A DNA stretch of 64,000 bases from Octopus vulgaris. Its lineage: Eukaryota. The stretch's first letter is position 1; the number at the start of each line of letters is the position of its first letter. The DNA lies in the NCBI GenBank assembly GCA_951406725.2, contig OX597830.1, forward strand, positions 45,756,001-45,820,000. The letters run 5' to 3'. The notes beneath the pieces were generated by a model. That model searched no databases, was not told the DNA's origin, and saw only the letters and a list, made by a program, of their open reading frames with translations. Shown here one piece after another: positions 13,997 to 26,529 of the stretch. A program made the position numbers and the translations under genes.

Positions 13997-14374
13997 TCAC
14001 ATTGTAACAACTCAGACCGATGTTTTGGAAGACCATTCCTCTTTTTCTGCCCATTCCTGTGAACCCCCAACCCTGCTAAGTTCAACATAAACATCAACAA
14101 ATCCGAATACCATATGGCAGCATCAGATTTTTAAGTTGTTTGCTGAAGTGCATCAGAAAGGTTGTGCCATTAAAATTAAACTCATCAATATCACCATATC
14201 TAATAATTGTAAAGAACTTTTTCAGAACAAGTCATCAGTTTTAGTGGAAATCAATAATGAAATTGCTACCCAGTATGAATTTACAAGGAGGACAATGATA
14301 CAAGTTTGTGGTAGCAAATTTGAACGTTTCGTAAGTCTTATGACTCGAAATATGGAGATAAATCTAATCTTTAA

Positions 14375-14594
14375 CCTTTCAGCATTCAGATTAATCCGTC
14401 ACATGTCAAACTCATTTGTTCACATTGTTTTGAATCGATCATACATTATCTTGTAGCCTTGAGATTTTGTTGACATGATTGTTTATTTTTAGAATGATAT
14501 AGTAGGGTAGGTGTGAAAGGTCAGATCTGACCAGCTTGAACATACATCAGCTAGAATGCTTGGGCCTCATATGGCTGGTTTAAATGCTAAAGGG
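14375..14594. mobile_element. piggyBac-type MITE with TTAA TSD
   Basis: TTAA|CCTTTCAGCATT...AATGCTAAAGGG|TTAA. Inverted termini, 220 bp. Confidence 0.8.
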
Positions 14595-15474
14595 TTAAAC
14601 TTAAATATTAGTAAATACTATTTTCATATAAACCAGTAAATGCTATTTCTAACTTTAACGTAAAATGCTACAACAAAATTAAATAACTAAAATAAAACTA
14701 TCTGCCACTGAATAGTGTGCAAATGACAAGAATTAGTATGAAGCAGACATTTCTGATTGGAAAGATTCAATGCAAGTCAAACTGTCAAAACCCATGAAAG
14801 AATAATCATAAAAAAATCCTCAAAGAGTTGTAGAACCGAGAAATATTCACTCCAGATCTCTGAGGAGAGGAAAATAAAGTCTTCTTCAATAAATGAGGTG
14901 CAAAATAGAATAGATTTTTCCTGGATTGACGATGAGTGCCTTTCCTTCACCAAAAGTCTAATACATTCGTGCTGAATACTTTAATACTTACCTGATTAGT
15001 TTGGCAAAAATTCGCTTTCAAGCTGCTAATTCCCAGTTGAATTACACAAGTGCTATTTAGTTTGGATCCTTAAAAGAAGTGAAATACCTGGCTTCTTTAT
15101 ATCGTACAAAAACTTAAGAAACTCCTATTAGCAGAGATTTCAAAAAAAATTTTTATAATAAATAAATAAATTTAAAAGACCTCAACACCAGTCTTCCATC
15201 AAACTTTAACTGTCTCCAGTTAAATAAGCCTCCCCACCCCTCCCTAAATATGCCCTGGCTGCAGTGATTAACTTTTTCTGTGCATTCTGCAATCCATTTA
15301 TCCATTTTTTTTATAAGCCAGGTTAGAATGCTTCTTTGGTTTAAGAGAAGCTATTGACATAATAATCAGACAATATTGAAAATTTTAAATACTGTCTAAA
15401 TCTAACACAGGATTGGTTTCTGAATTCACTCATCTGATTCCTTTTATCATTCATAACTATAGTCGTCTTCTTCT

Positions 15475-15503
15475 TAGTAGTAGTAGTAGCAGCAGCAGCA
15501 GCA

Positions 15504-15590
<87 letters not shown>
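15475..15590. repeat. Compound microsatellite (TAG)n(CAG)n(GA)n(GT)n
   Basis: Directly visible. It explains the spurious S/RE/CV ORF 15413..15727. Confidence 0.95.
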
Positions 15591-15593
<3 letters not shown>

Positions 15594-16050
15594 CACGCAT
15601 AAGTTTGGCTGTTGTGAATATCAACATGTCCTTTCTATTTCAAATTATATCAACTGTAGAGTTGAGCTGTCTAAATAAGTTTAGAATAAGCTGCTTAAGT
15701 CTTCATGGGTTTACTTCTCCCAACTGACCTCTATGACCAGTATATATTGCCGGTTAACTATCAGAATTATATCACTCAAAACAAATGTCATCTCTCTTAT
15801 AAACACTAATGAATGCATCTGGTGGTAATGGCTTTCCAAAGTCACAAGGTACTTTGCTTTAAACTTCACACCCAATGAATCAAATTCAGGCCAATAAATA
15901 ATAACCATTTGGTTCCAATTTTAGAATGCCAACCTTTAAAAAGTTCTTTACTATTCATTATACATTGGAATCTCATTTTCTCTGATAACTTTCTTCAGTT
16001 TGTCTATTTACTTCATTATAAAAGTGAAAATGGAAAATCTATAAACTTAC

Positions 16051-16192
16051 CCTGTGTCCCCACAAGTATTAAGGGGATTTCTGTAGGATTACGGTAGTGT
16101 GCCATTTTGGCATAATAGCTGTAAACTGCCTGGAAGCTCATTTCATTTTCAAGACTAAATACAAAGATGACTGCATCCACCCATTGAGTAAA
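16051..16192 (-). CDS. AGAP1: AGAP1 homolog, internal coding exon (142 nt)
   Basis: Acceptor ttttacag|, donor |gtaagt. Translates [47 protein letters not shown] plus 1 nt. Phase 0 in, phase 1 out, in frame with both neighbours. Confidence 0.96.
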
Positions 16193-17545
16193 CTGTAAAA
16201 TACAATAGAAAATTAGTGAACAAAAAATTTATTTTCTTGAAGAATTTAACTTACAAACTCCTTAGTTGGATCAGAAACTAAAATCATAGAATCAGAAGTC
16301 ATAATGCCTGTTAATATTATATTATCTGTTCATCTGAAAAGCATTAGAGTTACTCTGTTTAATTTATCAATAAAAATATCAATTTAGTTCATCAACAGAT
16401 ATTGAAGCAACTGAAATATCCAATGAATATGGTGAAGATAGGATACAGAAAATGGCATCAAATGATAAAAAAATGGTATTACTAATATATGCAAGTAAAT
16501 AATATCTCTCTTGCTAAACAACACCCTTCTGTCTGAAGCAGAAATTATTACTAATCAGAGGTACAATGACAAATAGAGGGAGTATCCAACTCTATGCCTC
16601 ACAAAAAAGAAAAAAAAATCTGACTGAATGAGAAAGATAAGTAATACTTAGTTGGGGAAATAAAGATTGGATCTTTAAGAAATTTAAAATGTCAAGCAGA
16701 AAATACATAAGAAAGAAGTAGAGTGGAAATATTTATTCTTGTAGCTTTACCTCAATAAATTTCTACTTAAAGCAAACACGTGAACTGTTTTTACTAAAAC
16801 TGATGCGAGTTAAAATCATCGAAGCCATACATTAGATCATAGCTCTTAAAATATATCAAGTATGCAAGAATATGTAAAGCATGATACATTTAGCTATCTG
16901 GAATCTGTTCTTAATAATTCCAAAGTTTTGACTTTCCATTAGTTTAAAGTTCAGAACCTTCTGAGTAAGTCATTATTGACTGGGAGTGCAATGCATGCCA
17001 ACAAAATGATACTGGTACAAATATATGAAGTCCAATATACCCATCATATCTACCTGTCTGATAAGGGTACACCAGGCAAATGCATTGCAACCATATGTGC
17101 ATGACAAGGTGATCTCATATCAAGATAAACAACACATGAACCAGTTAGAATTTTCTTCAGGTTGAGTAGCCCATCCCACTCAAAAGGTCCCCAAATGAGG
17201 TTTGTTTAAGAATGATGAATGAACCACCCTTGTTTCTAGAAGTGATTTATTCAAACTCCAAAGAATCCCTCAACACATGACTATGATGCTTCACCACTAC
17301 TCCTACTTGTGATCAGAGACGTACATATCCTCAACCACTAAGTGACATGCTCCACTTGTGAAGGTCAAGCAACTGACACGCAGATCTGTGGTATTGAGTA
17401 GAATATTTATTAAAGCCCATCTTTTATACCAAGACAAAACATGTCCATAGCACTTGTAATCAATTCAAATCAGAAGCCATGATGAATACTCTCAGCTTAT
17501 TTTGCTGGGTATGATGAAACGTGTTAGCTACCCACAGCCAGCTGA

Positions 17546-17735
17546 CTAAGAACCCTCTGGGAAAACTCTTGCAGTTTCAAGTAATGCTAATTTTTGTAGG
17601 TGTTCTACCTTTACATTTCTACCAATCTTTTTGAGCCACACCGGTAGTTGAGTGCTGATACTTCCAAGTACGCCAATCACTATTGGTATCATTCTCTTCA
17701 TTGTTCCCAACCTGCATATTTTCCACTTCAAATCA
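17546..17735 (-). mobile_element. C-terminal remnant of an RLE-type (Dong/R4-like) non-LTR retrotransposon
   Basis: LKWKICRLGTMKRMIPIVIGVLGSISTQLPVWLKKIG...LQKLALLETARVF matches the IPIVIGALG...LQKxALLGTARIL C-terminus of these elements. Confidence 0.7.
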
Positions 17736-19340
17736 TCAAAGCTGTTCACAAAGCTGATATGGCAATTAAATAAGCTGTGGCAATCATGCCTTTTCCAAGA
17801 ATAACAGCATAAAAAATGAAAGGATTTCAATGAGACACCATATTAACAGCATAAGCTCAATTTACCAATAAAAGACTACCACACCACATAATAATGATTA
17901 TTATTTTCACTGAAAATATATATTAGCAGGTAAGTTTTAGGGTTTGATAGAGTGCTGCTAGTTACATTAAGTCTAAATTCTGTTACCATATTAGTTGCTT
18001 TGGAAACTGGAATATATCTACAGTTTCCCATTTAGAAAAAATATATATGGTTCTCTGTAGTACGATTACAGTGGAGCTGTAATCAGTAATATAAATGTTC
18101 TATTAAACAAATTTAGTTACATTAGTCATATTCTGATGGTCTTCTCACAGTGATTCTTTTTTATGTTTTTTATTCAAATATATGTAAAAAAAAAAAAAAA
18201 AAGGGGAGGGGGGTGAAATTAAATATTAATATGGAAACATTAAAATCAATAAGAAAAAGCAGAACTGGAAAGGTCATGAGAGCTGTGTAACTTGCTGGTA
18301 TTCTTAGTATATCCTGTGTGACATGAGTATGAGGTTCAAGCATTTTATTTCTGTTGTTTATGAGGAGTGAAACCTTGGTCTCATTTGCAGGCGCCATGAA
18401 TCAAATGTATCTGCAGTTCCATGAATCAAAGTTTGACCCCTGGGAACTGTAGACATATATATATACCTTGCCCAGTGTTTGTTGCTGATGTTAAAATAAG
18501 TTGTGATACAAAAAACACTGAGAGAAGAGTATTCAAAACTTAGTCATAAAGCTAAGAGCACGGCATCAGTGCATTTAGCATAGAGTGGCACTTAGAATAA
18601 TGGAAAGAGACTCAATGTAAATAGAGCAAAATTCTACTGAACAACATCGAATAAATGAAAGACACTGGCTTCACCACTGGACACAACATGACAGTTTACA
18701 CATTCGTTTGTTCATTTAAAGTCAGTTTTTCCATGTTAGAGGAGAAGTTATTGGAGGCAGGATTTTATAACCAGATGCTAACCTTTATCTCTTTTCAAAT
18801 AATGGATATTTTATCTGTATGAGCACGAACAAGCATGGAATATCAACTTTCTCTCTCTCACACACACACCATAGACTTCCTGTAGTTTCAGTCAAGCAAA
18901 TTTACTCACAAAGTGTAGGTCAACGCAAGGCTATAGTACAAAGTATTACATAAGGTGCTGTGTAGTGGGACTGAACCAAAAACCAAATGGTTGCAAAGTG
19001 ACCTGCTTAATTTACCCAGCCACAAGTTATCTGAGGTACAATTTTACAGCCAGATCCTCTTCCTGTTACTAACCCTTATCTGTTTTCCAAGAAAAGGATA
19101 ATTTCTTCCAGAGGTCAGTTTGAAAGTGGAAAACCATGGAATATCAACACACACTCACATGCATAATGGGTGTTTTTTGCAGCGTCTGCCAGGCAAATTC
19201 ACTCACAAGGTGCAGAGGTCAGCTTAGGGTCATAGTAGAAGGCACTTACCCAAAGTATCATACAGTGGGACTGAACCCAAAACAATGTTGTAAAGTGAAC
19301 TTGTTAATCACACAGGCATGCACCCAGGCATTGTACCAGT

Positions 19341-19709
19341 GGAGGCGCAATGGCCCAGTGGTTAGGGCAGCGGACTCGCGGTCGTAGGATCGCGGTTTCG
19401 ATTCCCAGACCAGGCATTGTGAGTGTTTATTGAGCGAAAACACCTAAAGCTCCACGAGGCTCTGGCAGGGGGTGGTGTACTCTTTCACCACAACTTTCTC
19501 TCACTCTTACTTCCTGTTTCTGTTGTACCTGTATTTCAAAGGGCCGGCCTTGTCACTCTCTGTGTCACGCTGAATATCCCCGAGAACTACATTAAGGGTA
19601 CACGTGTCTGTGGAGTGCTCAGCCACTTACACGTTAATTTCAGGAGCAGGCTGTTCCATTCATTGGATCAACCGGAACCCTCGTCGTCGTAACCGACGGA
19701 GTGCTTCCA
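19341..19709 (+). mobile_element. Young, CpG-rich tRNA-derived SINE (family C)
   Basis: Head GGAGGCGCAATGGCCCAGTGGTTAGGGCAGCGGACTCGCGGTCGTAGGATCGCGGTTTCGATTCCC has A and B boxes, followed by about 300 nt of non-tRNA body shared with 42635-42950. Confidence 0.85.
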
Positions 19710-20394
19710 CCCATGCACACACTCACATGAAGTCAAAGTAGACAATACGGGTCAAGAAGCTCTACATGGTCACCCAAATAACACAACTGACATCTTACCA
19801 TCTTGAACAAAAAGGGACCCATTGAATAATATAGTCCTGGACACATTGTTAGAAGCTGAGATGGATGGTCATGGCTGGAACACTATGATTATAAGTCTGC
19901 TCAAACAGAGCTGGCCTAGGGTTAAATAATAGATATGATATAGTTAGTGATGCAGTTGTCACATAGGTTCTTCAACCAATATGTTGTATTTACTATTAAA
20001 TGATAGTCAGGACTAAAATTGATTTCCTTTATACAACTATTCTCATGAATTTTATGACTGCTTCCAAAACGAGTCTTGCCTTCTGTTAGAATTAAGGATT
20101 ATCCAGTGTGTTTCCAAACTTCAAGTTGAGAAAGAGGGTAAAGGATTGATGATGATGGAGTCAATGTTGATGAGAGCTAATAGTCGTACTCTGCCATTCA
20201 ATGTAAGATTCAGTCAAAAGGTAGAAAATGCAAATTGTCTTGGAACTGGAAAACGATATAAACTACTTGATAGAATTTATGATCATCAAAATTCTATAAG
20301 GGCATAAAACTTATTTAAAATTTTTGGCAGATACTTCAGTCAAATATACGTGTAACACTAAAATACTTTATTGAAGAAGTAACAAGAAAATTAT

Positions 20395-20720
20395 CCCCCT
20401 AACCATATAGTTCCAGGTTCAGACCCACTGCATGGCACCTTGGGCAAGTGTTTTCAACTAAATCCTTGCGAGCAGATCTGGTAGACGGAAACTGAAAGAA
20501 GCCCGTCGTGTGTGTGTATGTGTGTATTTATCCTCCGCCATTTGCTTGGCAATTAGTGTTGGTTTCGTCATATACCCATAACTTTGCAGTTCAGCAAATA
20601 GTGATGGAATAAATACCAGACTTAAGAAAGTACAGGGAGAGGGGGTGATTTGTTTGCCTAAACCCTTCAAGGCAGTGCCCCAGCATGGCCATAGTCCAAT
20701 GGCTGAAACAAGTGAAAGAT
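20395..20720 (+). mobile_element. SINE family A (CORE-like ggcaccttgggcaagtg segment, internal GT repeat)
   Basis: Homologous to the inverted copy at 60015-60375 and to partial heads at about 18870-19020, 19170-19325 and 63120-63270. Confidence 0.7.
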
Positions 20721-21059
20721 CAGTATTCACCTGCCAGATTTACTGTGTATGGAGAAAGCAAATATTTCCACTTTTATTAAAACAGAAAATGGTAAATGAG
20801 TAAATAAATAAAGTTGAATTTTTTGACATTGCAGTGTTTTTGTCATCACTTTGATGAGATCTCAAACTACACAAGTAAAGTAAACGAGAAACTGGGATAC
20901 TTTCAAAATGAACTCACTCTTTCTAGATTTCTTTAAAGGAGGCCTTCATGAGTGCTTCAATCAGTATGTTAGTAGGAACTAAAGTTCAAGTGGACAAATT
21001 ACATGCATGTATGATGAAACAGCAGTGACAAATTATAAATATCTCTCTGTTCAATAAGA

Positions 21060-21350
21060 TCAGGAAAGAAGAGATGCTCCCATGATAGAAATCCTCAATG
21101 ATAGAAATTTTATGTTGGTTGGGGACACATACATAGAATGGACAACAGCAAGCTCCCTAGACAACTTCTTTACTGCAAGGGGAAAAGGAACCATGGAAAA
21201 CCTAGACAGAGATTCAAACATACTGCAAATGGAATGGATTGTAAGAAATGGCAAACTCAAGTAAAAAACCAACCAGTATGGAAAAGGTTTATCGAGTCAT
21301 GCCAAAGCTGTGAACAGTCACAGTTGCGATGACTGACTGCAGTTAATAGC
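21060..21350 (+). mobile_element. Old RTE-like LINE 3' remnant
   Basis: Frame reads WLGHIHRMDNSKLPRQLLYCKGKRNHGKPRQRFK...NQPVWKR across a frameshift, typical of an RTE C-terminus. Confidence 0.65.
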
Positions 21351-21474
21351 CAAATTATAACAGTAGGCATGCATTTTAAAATGTAAAAGCACTCTGTTAT
21401 AAAATTATTTTGGCAACTATCCTGTTAGTCATCTTCAAGTAGAGCTATAAGAATTTCTTTGCTTATATACATAC

Positions 21475-22705
21475 TCATCATCGTCATCATTTAGCATCTG
21501 TTGTCCATGCTGACATGGGTTGGACAGTTTGACCAGGGCTAGTAAGCTGAGGGGCTACACCAGACTCCAGCCTGATTTGGCATAATTTCTACAGCTGGAT
21601 GCCCTTCCTAACACCAACCACTTTGAGAGTGTAAGGGATGCTTTTACGTGCCACCAGCACAGGTGCCAGTTGTGTGGCACCAGTATCTGCAATGATTACA
21701 ATTTCACTTTGCTTGATGGGTCTTCTTCTAATGCATGGCATAACGCCAAAGATCTTGGTCATTGGCTATGTGAGGCCCAATGCTTGAAAGGTGCTTTTTA
21801 CATGCCACCAGCATCAGCTACATTGCCTCCATGAGGCCCAACACTCAAAAAGTGCTTTTTTACATGCCAGTTACGTGACACCAGCATCAGCCATGACAAC
21901 GATTTCACTTAGCATGATGGGTCTTCTCAAGCACAGCCTATCGCCAAAGCTCTTGGTCACTAGTCATCACCTCTGTGAGGCCCAAAAAGTTCAAAGGTCA
22001 TGCTTCACCAATTTGTCCCATGTCTTCCTGGATCTACCTCTACCACAGGTTCCCTCCACAGTTTGAGATTGGCACTTCTTTACACATCTGTCCTTGTCCA
22101 TACACATCACATGACCATACCAGTGCAGTCATCTCTCTTGCACACCACATCTAATGCCTCTTATGCCCAACCTTTCTCCCAAGTTGCTTACACTCTGTCA
22201 TACATGCAAACTGACATTGCACATCCAGTGAAGCATGCTAGCTTTGTTTCTTTCGAGCCTACACATGTCCTTGACTGTCAGAGCCTATGTTTCACTGCCA
22301 TGTAGCATAGCTGTTTTCACACAAGCATCATACAATCTACCTTTCACTCTGAGGGAGAGGTCCTTTGTTGCTAACAGAGGTAGGAGCTCTCTGAACTTTG
22401 CCAAAGCTATTCTTATTCTTGCAGCTATGCTCTTGGAGCATTCACCTCTGCTACTAACTTGGTCACCTAGACAACGGAAGCTGTTTACTACCTCTAGCTT
22501 ACTCCCTTGGCAGTTGATGGAGTCTATTTTCTGTACCTCTTCAGTGTTTATTGTACCTGTGCACTTTCCACACACAAAAACTATTTTCCCAGTTAACCTT
22601 CCTCTGATACTGCTGCACTTCGTGTGTGTCCATAGCTTACACCAGGTACATTTTATGGAGTTCCTACCAATGCCTTTCGTACAGATCAAGCAGGACCAAC
22701 TGCCT
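21475..22705 (-). mobile_element. 5'-truncated RTE-like LINE retaining a PHD-like Cys/His finger
   Basis: (CAT)n tail and 3' UTR. ORF 22285..22719 reads CLICTKGIGRNSIKCTWCKLWTHTKC...FVCGKC...EVVNSFRCLGDQ...RIRIALAKFRELLPLL...KGRLYDACVKTAMLHGSET. Confidence 0.9.
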
Positions 22706-24296
22706 ATATACGAGGCCATGTTTGTAGGTGATGAGATAAAGCTAATTAACTATATTGGCCCTGGTTGTGTATTTCATTAGTTATGCCTCAGACTAAATAC
22801 ATAAATTGGATTCTCAGCTTCTTTTCTCTCCTAACCTTGGGCTACAACACAGAAATCTCCTTAATGACACTAAACTCTGCTCAAATATGCTTAGGTTTAT
22901 TGAATTAATTTAAATTACTATTTTTGCCAATTTTTCACCTATTTAAAATAAGATGCTTATGTATTGCAGCAATGAGTAAGAAATCTTGGGACTTCAGTTC
23001 TGCTTTGACTAAAGAGACTTCAATGAGAGGTGAAACAGATATAGTGTGACTAATAAATTGATATTCTCTACTTCATTTTAGACTACATCTCAGAAACACT
23101 TTGACAACAATACTAAAACAGGTTCACGTTTAATTTATTTATTTAAATATGTACATAAAACTTAACACTATACACAGCACAGTGTAATGCTTTGTGGAAT
23201 TCATCTTAGCTTGTTTGCTACTTGTCTGATATCCTTTTACTTTTACTTTTCCTCATGGTGATCAATTACAAGATGAGGAATACTACGGACTCTTTGGAAT
23301 TCAAAAATTTAATGAACAGACAAATGACTAACAGATCTGGACTTTGTTCTGTTTTGTAAAGAAAACTAACGAATAGTGCCAAGAAGTAAGCAAAAGTTAA
23401 TGGATTGTGCAGAAAAGAGAAGTTTCTATATCAGCAATGAGTAAATAAACATTCAAAAAGTGAAATAAAAAGAAAGGATGTTTTTTCACTAAACATGACA
23501 CTACTTTAAAAAAAAAGAAAAAAATGAAACAGTTCATCAAACCAGTAAGTAACCAGTGAAATGACTAACACCGAAGTGTAGACCTTAAAAGCCTTGACCA
23601 ACAGATAGACTCTGTCCACTCCAAATTCTGGTCATTTCCATCAAGCTGAGGTACTAGATAATTGCTGTGATAATAACCATCAGAAAAGAGAAAAGCACCA
23701 AAAGGACTGCTTGCATGCTAAATATTAATCTCCTAAAAGATCTTGGGCATCTTTTAGCAGGATCAAACTACCTACAAAGGAGTATTTCAGAATCTAAAAA
23801 CTCGTAGTTGAATATCATTTATTCTTCATTAGTTTTATTTCCTCCTTGTCTGGTCAAGGTCCCTATTGTAGAATTGAGAGCATTCCAGGATGACATTACA
23901 ATACAGAGATGCCTCTCCACTTAATGGCAGTTTCCCAACAATGATATATTCTTATATATAAAACATTATAAAAGTAGATTACATTCAAGTAAGAAACCAT
24001 TCATTCTTTACAAAATTCTTCCCTTGTGAACCTTCTACCAAGTTGTATTTGTCTTTAGTTACATACTATACTAAATATCTTATAGTCCTCAATCCAAAGG
24101 TCTTATTGTTGAACTTTTAGCAATGAAAATTAAACAATGCTATAACCATAGTTATCCACTTGAATCGTCTGGTCAAGGAGGCCTACATTTCTCCACTTGT
24201 CCTTAGTATACTAGAGTGAAATGTATCATGGTTAAAAAATGCAATATAAGAGATTTATGTAGTTGTAAGAATATGAATTTGAAACAAAAAAATTAC

Positions 24297-24382
24297 CTGC
24301 ATTTCTGGTGGACCACCCTCATCTCGTATAAGAAGAAGATAGCTGTGAGCGTCCAGCATTACTTCTTTCTTGAATCGACCAC
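24297..24382 (-). CDS. AGAP1: AGAP1/centaurin-gamma homolog, internal coding exon (86 nt) of the GTPase-like domain, G3 region
   Basis: Manual minus-strand reading: acceptor tattccag|, donor |gtaatt. Translates (G)[28 protein letters not shown], which matches the AGAP family GRFKKEI[17 protein letters not shown] motif. Phase 1 in, phase 0 out. Confidence 0.95.
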
Positions 24383-24674
24383 CTGGAATAAGATCAATAA
24401 AATATATATAAGCTACATTTCATAATAAAGTATTATATAATTACATTGAATATATCAGATCAACACTATTGTGAATAATAATAATATAGTATTTATTTTA
24501 AAAAGTAAAGACAAAGAGCAGAAATACAAAGGCTTCAATTAATTTATGCAGTGGAGATATGAATGAAGGACTTTTAAATTAAGTTTACATTCTTGCTTTT
24601 CTTAAGATGTAATCACTGAAAGTTTTTACTCTACTGTTGGGAAGTTCTTACAAGGCAATCTAAGTTTTCATATA

Positions 24675-25038
24675 TCTTCTTTCAATTTCTGCTCCCTGCA
24701 AATAAAGTTTTTACGGATACAACTGCTTACAAAAATAGGGGTTAAAGTATAATTTCTTTCTATGTTCATAATTAAATCAATGTTTTAACGATTAGACAGA
24801 GGTCCAACAGATTAACTCTCAGAAACAGACTAAGTACAAATTCATTCTTCACAACTCCTGAAGCTGTTTTCTCACCGGAAGTGGGGGTCAGGAAATTTTC
24901 ATACAACTGGAAGCTCCAATCGAAACAGGGGACTTGAAACGATAAGGTTGAGAAAAACTGTTATAGATTATGCCTAACTGAAAACGATCACAGCCACATC
25001 ATCCAAACAGACCGGGTGAAACCAGGCTTAGCTGCTAG
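24675..25038 (+). mobile_element. Probable non-autonomous Helitron, second family (5' boundary uncertain)
   Basis: 3' end CCGGGTGAAACCAGG hairpin plus 8 nt then CTAG|T, the same architecture as the 11133-11522 element. The 5' TC start is a guess. Confidence 0.5.
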
Positions 25039-26024
25039 TATGTATGTATATATATATACATGTAATGTTTATTGCCACTCAAACATGGCTGATCCATAGG
25101 AACCAACATTACTGCTATTTTTAACTCCGGGAGGACATCTCCTCCAGTTGGTTATTCGGTGCAATCTGCACCTGATATATACTGCAAGCAGGAGAGTGAA
25201 ACCCTACCATCTTCCAACCACAAGACCACCAGACTGTACGGTTTTCACCTCTTTGTGGTCATAGTTAATTAACGATGTAGATTAAAAAACGAATTCCCAC
25301 CTGAAAACTAGGAAGGCAGTGTATTAAAAGTATTAACTGTATCAACCAACCAGAAAGATGATGTTTAGCCCAAGGCAGCCTTAACTGAATAGATGTATGA
25401 CCAAGGGTATTCCTGCCATGACTATCTAATTTTGTATAACAGCGACTACATTATCCAGTATATGCTTCTGTTTTCAAGACAGAAAGTTTGATTTGAGGGA
25501 GATTTGAATGATATTTCTAATAGGTCAAATGGCCATGTAGAACTTCCTTAATTAGTTTGACCAAGAAACACTGTATCAACCGGAAGGTGAGAACATTTTA
25601 TACACTAAACTACTTTTATCGTTTGGTGCATAACTCTCTTCCTCAATAGTCTGTTCATTGATCAGAACTGAATGACATGTTCTTTAAAATATTCAATAAT
25701 CTTAAAGTATACTGAATAAGACTAACAAAAGAAAAGGCAAATTAGTGAACAGCTTCAAAGACAATATTGGACTCACTCAATAAGCATCATTCAGAAATTT
25801 AACATGTCTCATAAAATTTTCTTTTTTAAAGTCTTTTTCTCCTTTCTGTTTCTCTCTATACATTCAAATTTCTTGTAAAACTCAATTAGTGGACAATTTT
25901 GTATTTTTCAACATTTTCAGCAGAATAAAATAGCATCTGACAGAAACTATTCAAAATTACTTGACAGTGAAGTGGAACCAAGATTTTTTTTTTTTCTTTT
26001 AACTATGCAGAGATGCTCATATAT

Positions 26025-26246
26025 TGATTTCAAATTCTGGCACAAGACCAGCAAATTCAGTGGGAGGCATGGCTAGTCAATTACATCAATTCCAGTATCA
26101 ACTGGTGCTTATTTTATAGACTCCAAAAAGGATGAAAGCCAAAGACGATCTTGCTGGAATTTGATCTCAGAACATATAAAGATGAACAAAAATGCTGAGC
26201 AGCATTTTGCCCCATCTGCCAACAATTTGGTAGCTTGCTGCCGCCA
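26025..26246 (-). mobile_element. tRNA-derived SINE family B, degenerate copy
   Basis: Colinear with 13207-13421. Confidence 0.7.
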
Positions 26247-26529
26247 GATGCTCATGTACTAACATGCTTTAATAAAGGGACAGAAGAGTGGGTTTATTAG
26301 TGCTTATATTCATGACCCTGTAGCCCCTAATCTGGTACAGACATGCCTGTAATCTTCATCAATATTTATATACTAAACATAATTTTAATTTATTTACAAA
26401 ATAAACAAATCTAATAGATTTAATAAAAACCCATTTAATTTATGTAAAAAAACATATAATTTTTGGAAACAAATTATGTTATACATACTCATACAGTTTA
26501 CATAGACACACATGCACACACATACATAT

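Noticed and set aside
18394-18430. Direct repeat CCATGAATCAAA x2 with a GCCATG-initiated 18-codon plus-strand ORF
   Set aside because: Too short to distinguish from chance or a local duplication.
19341-19415. tRNA gene
   Set aside because: A and B boxes are present, but there is no convincing acceptor stem or oligo-T terminator, and the sequence continues into a dispersed repeat body, so it is a SINE head.
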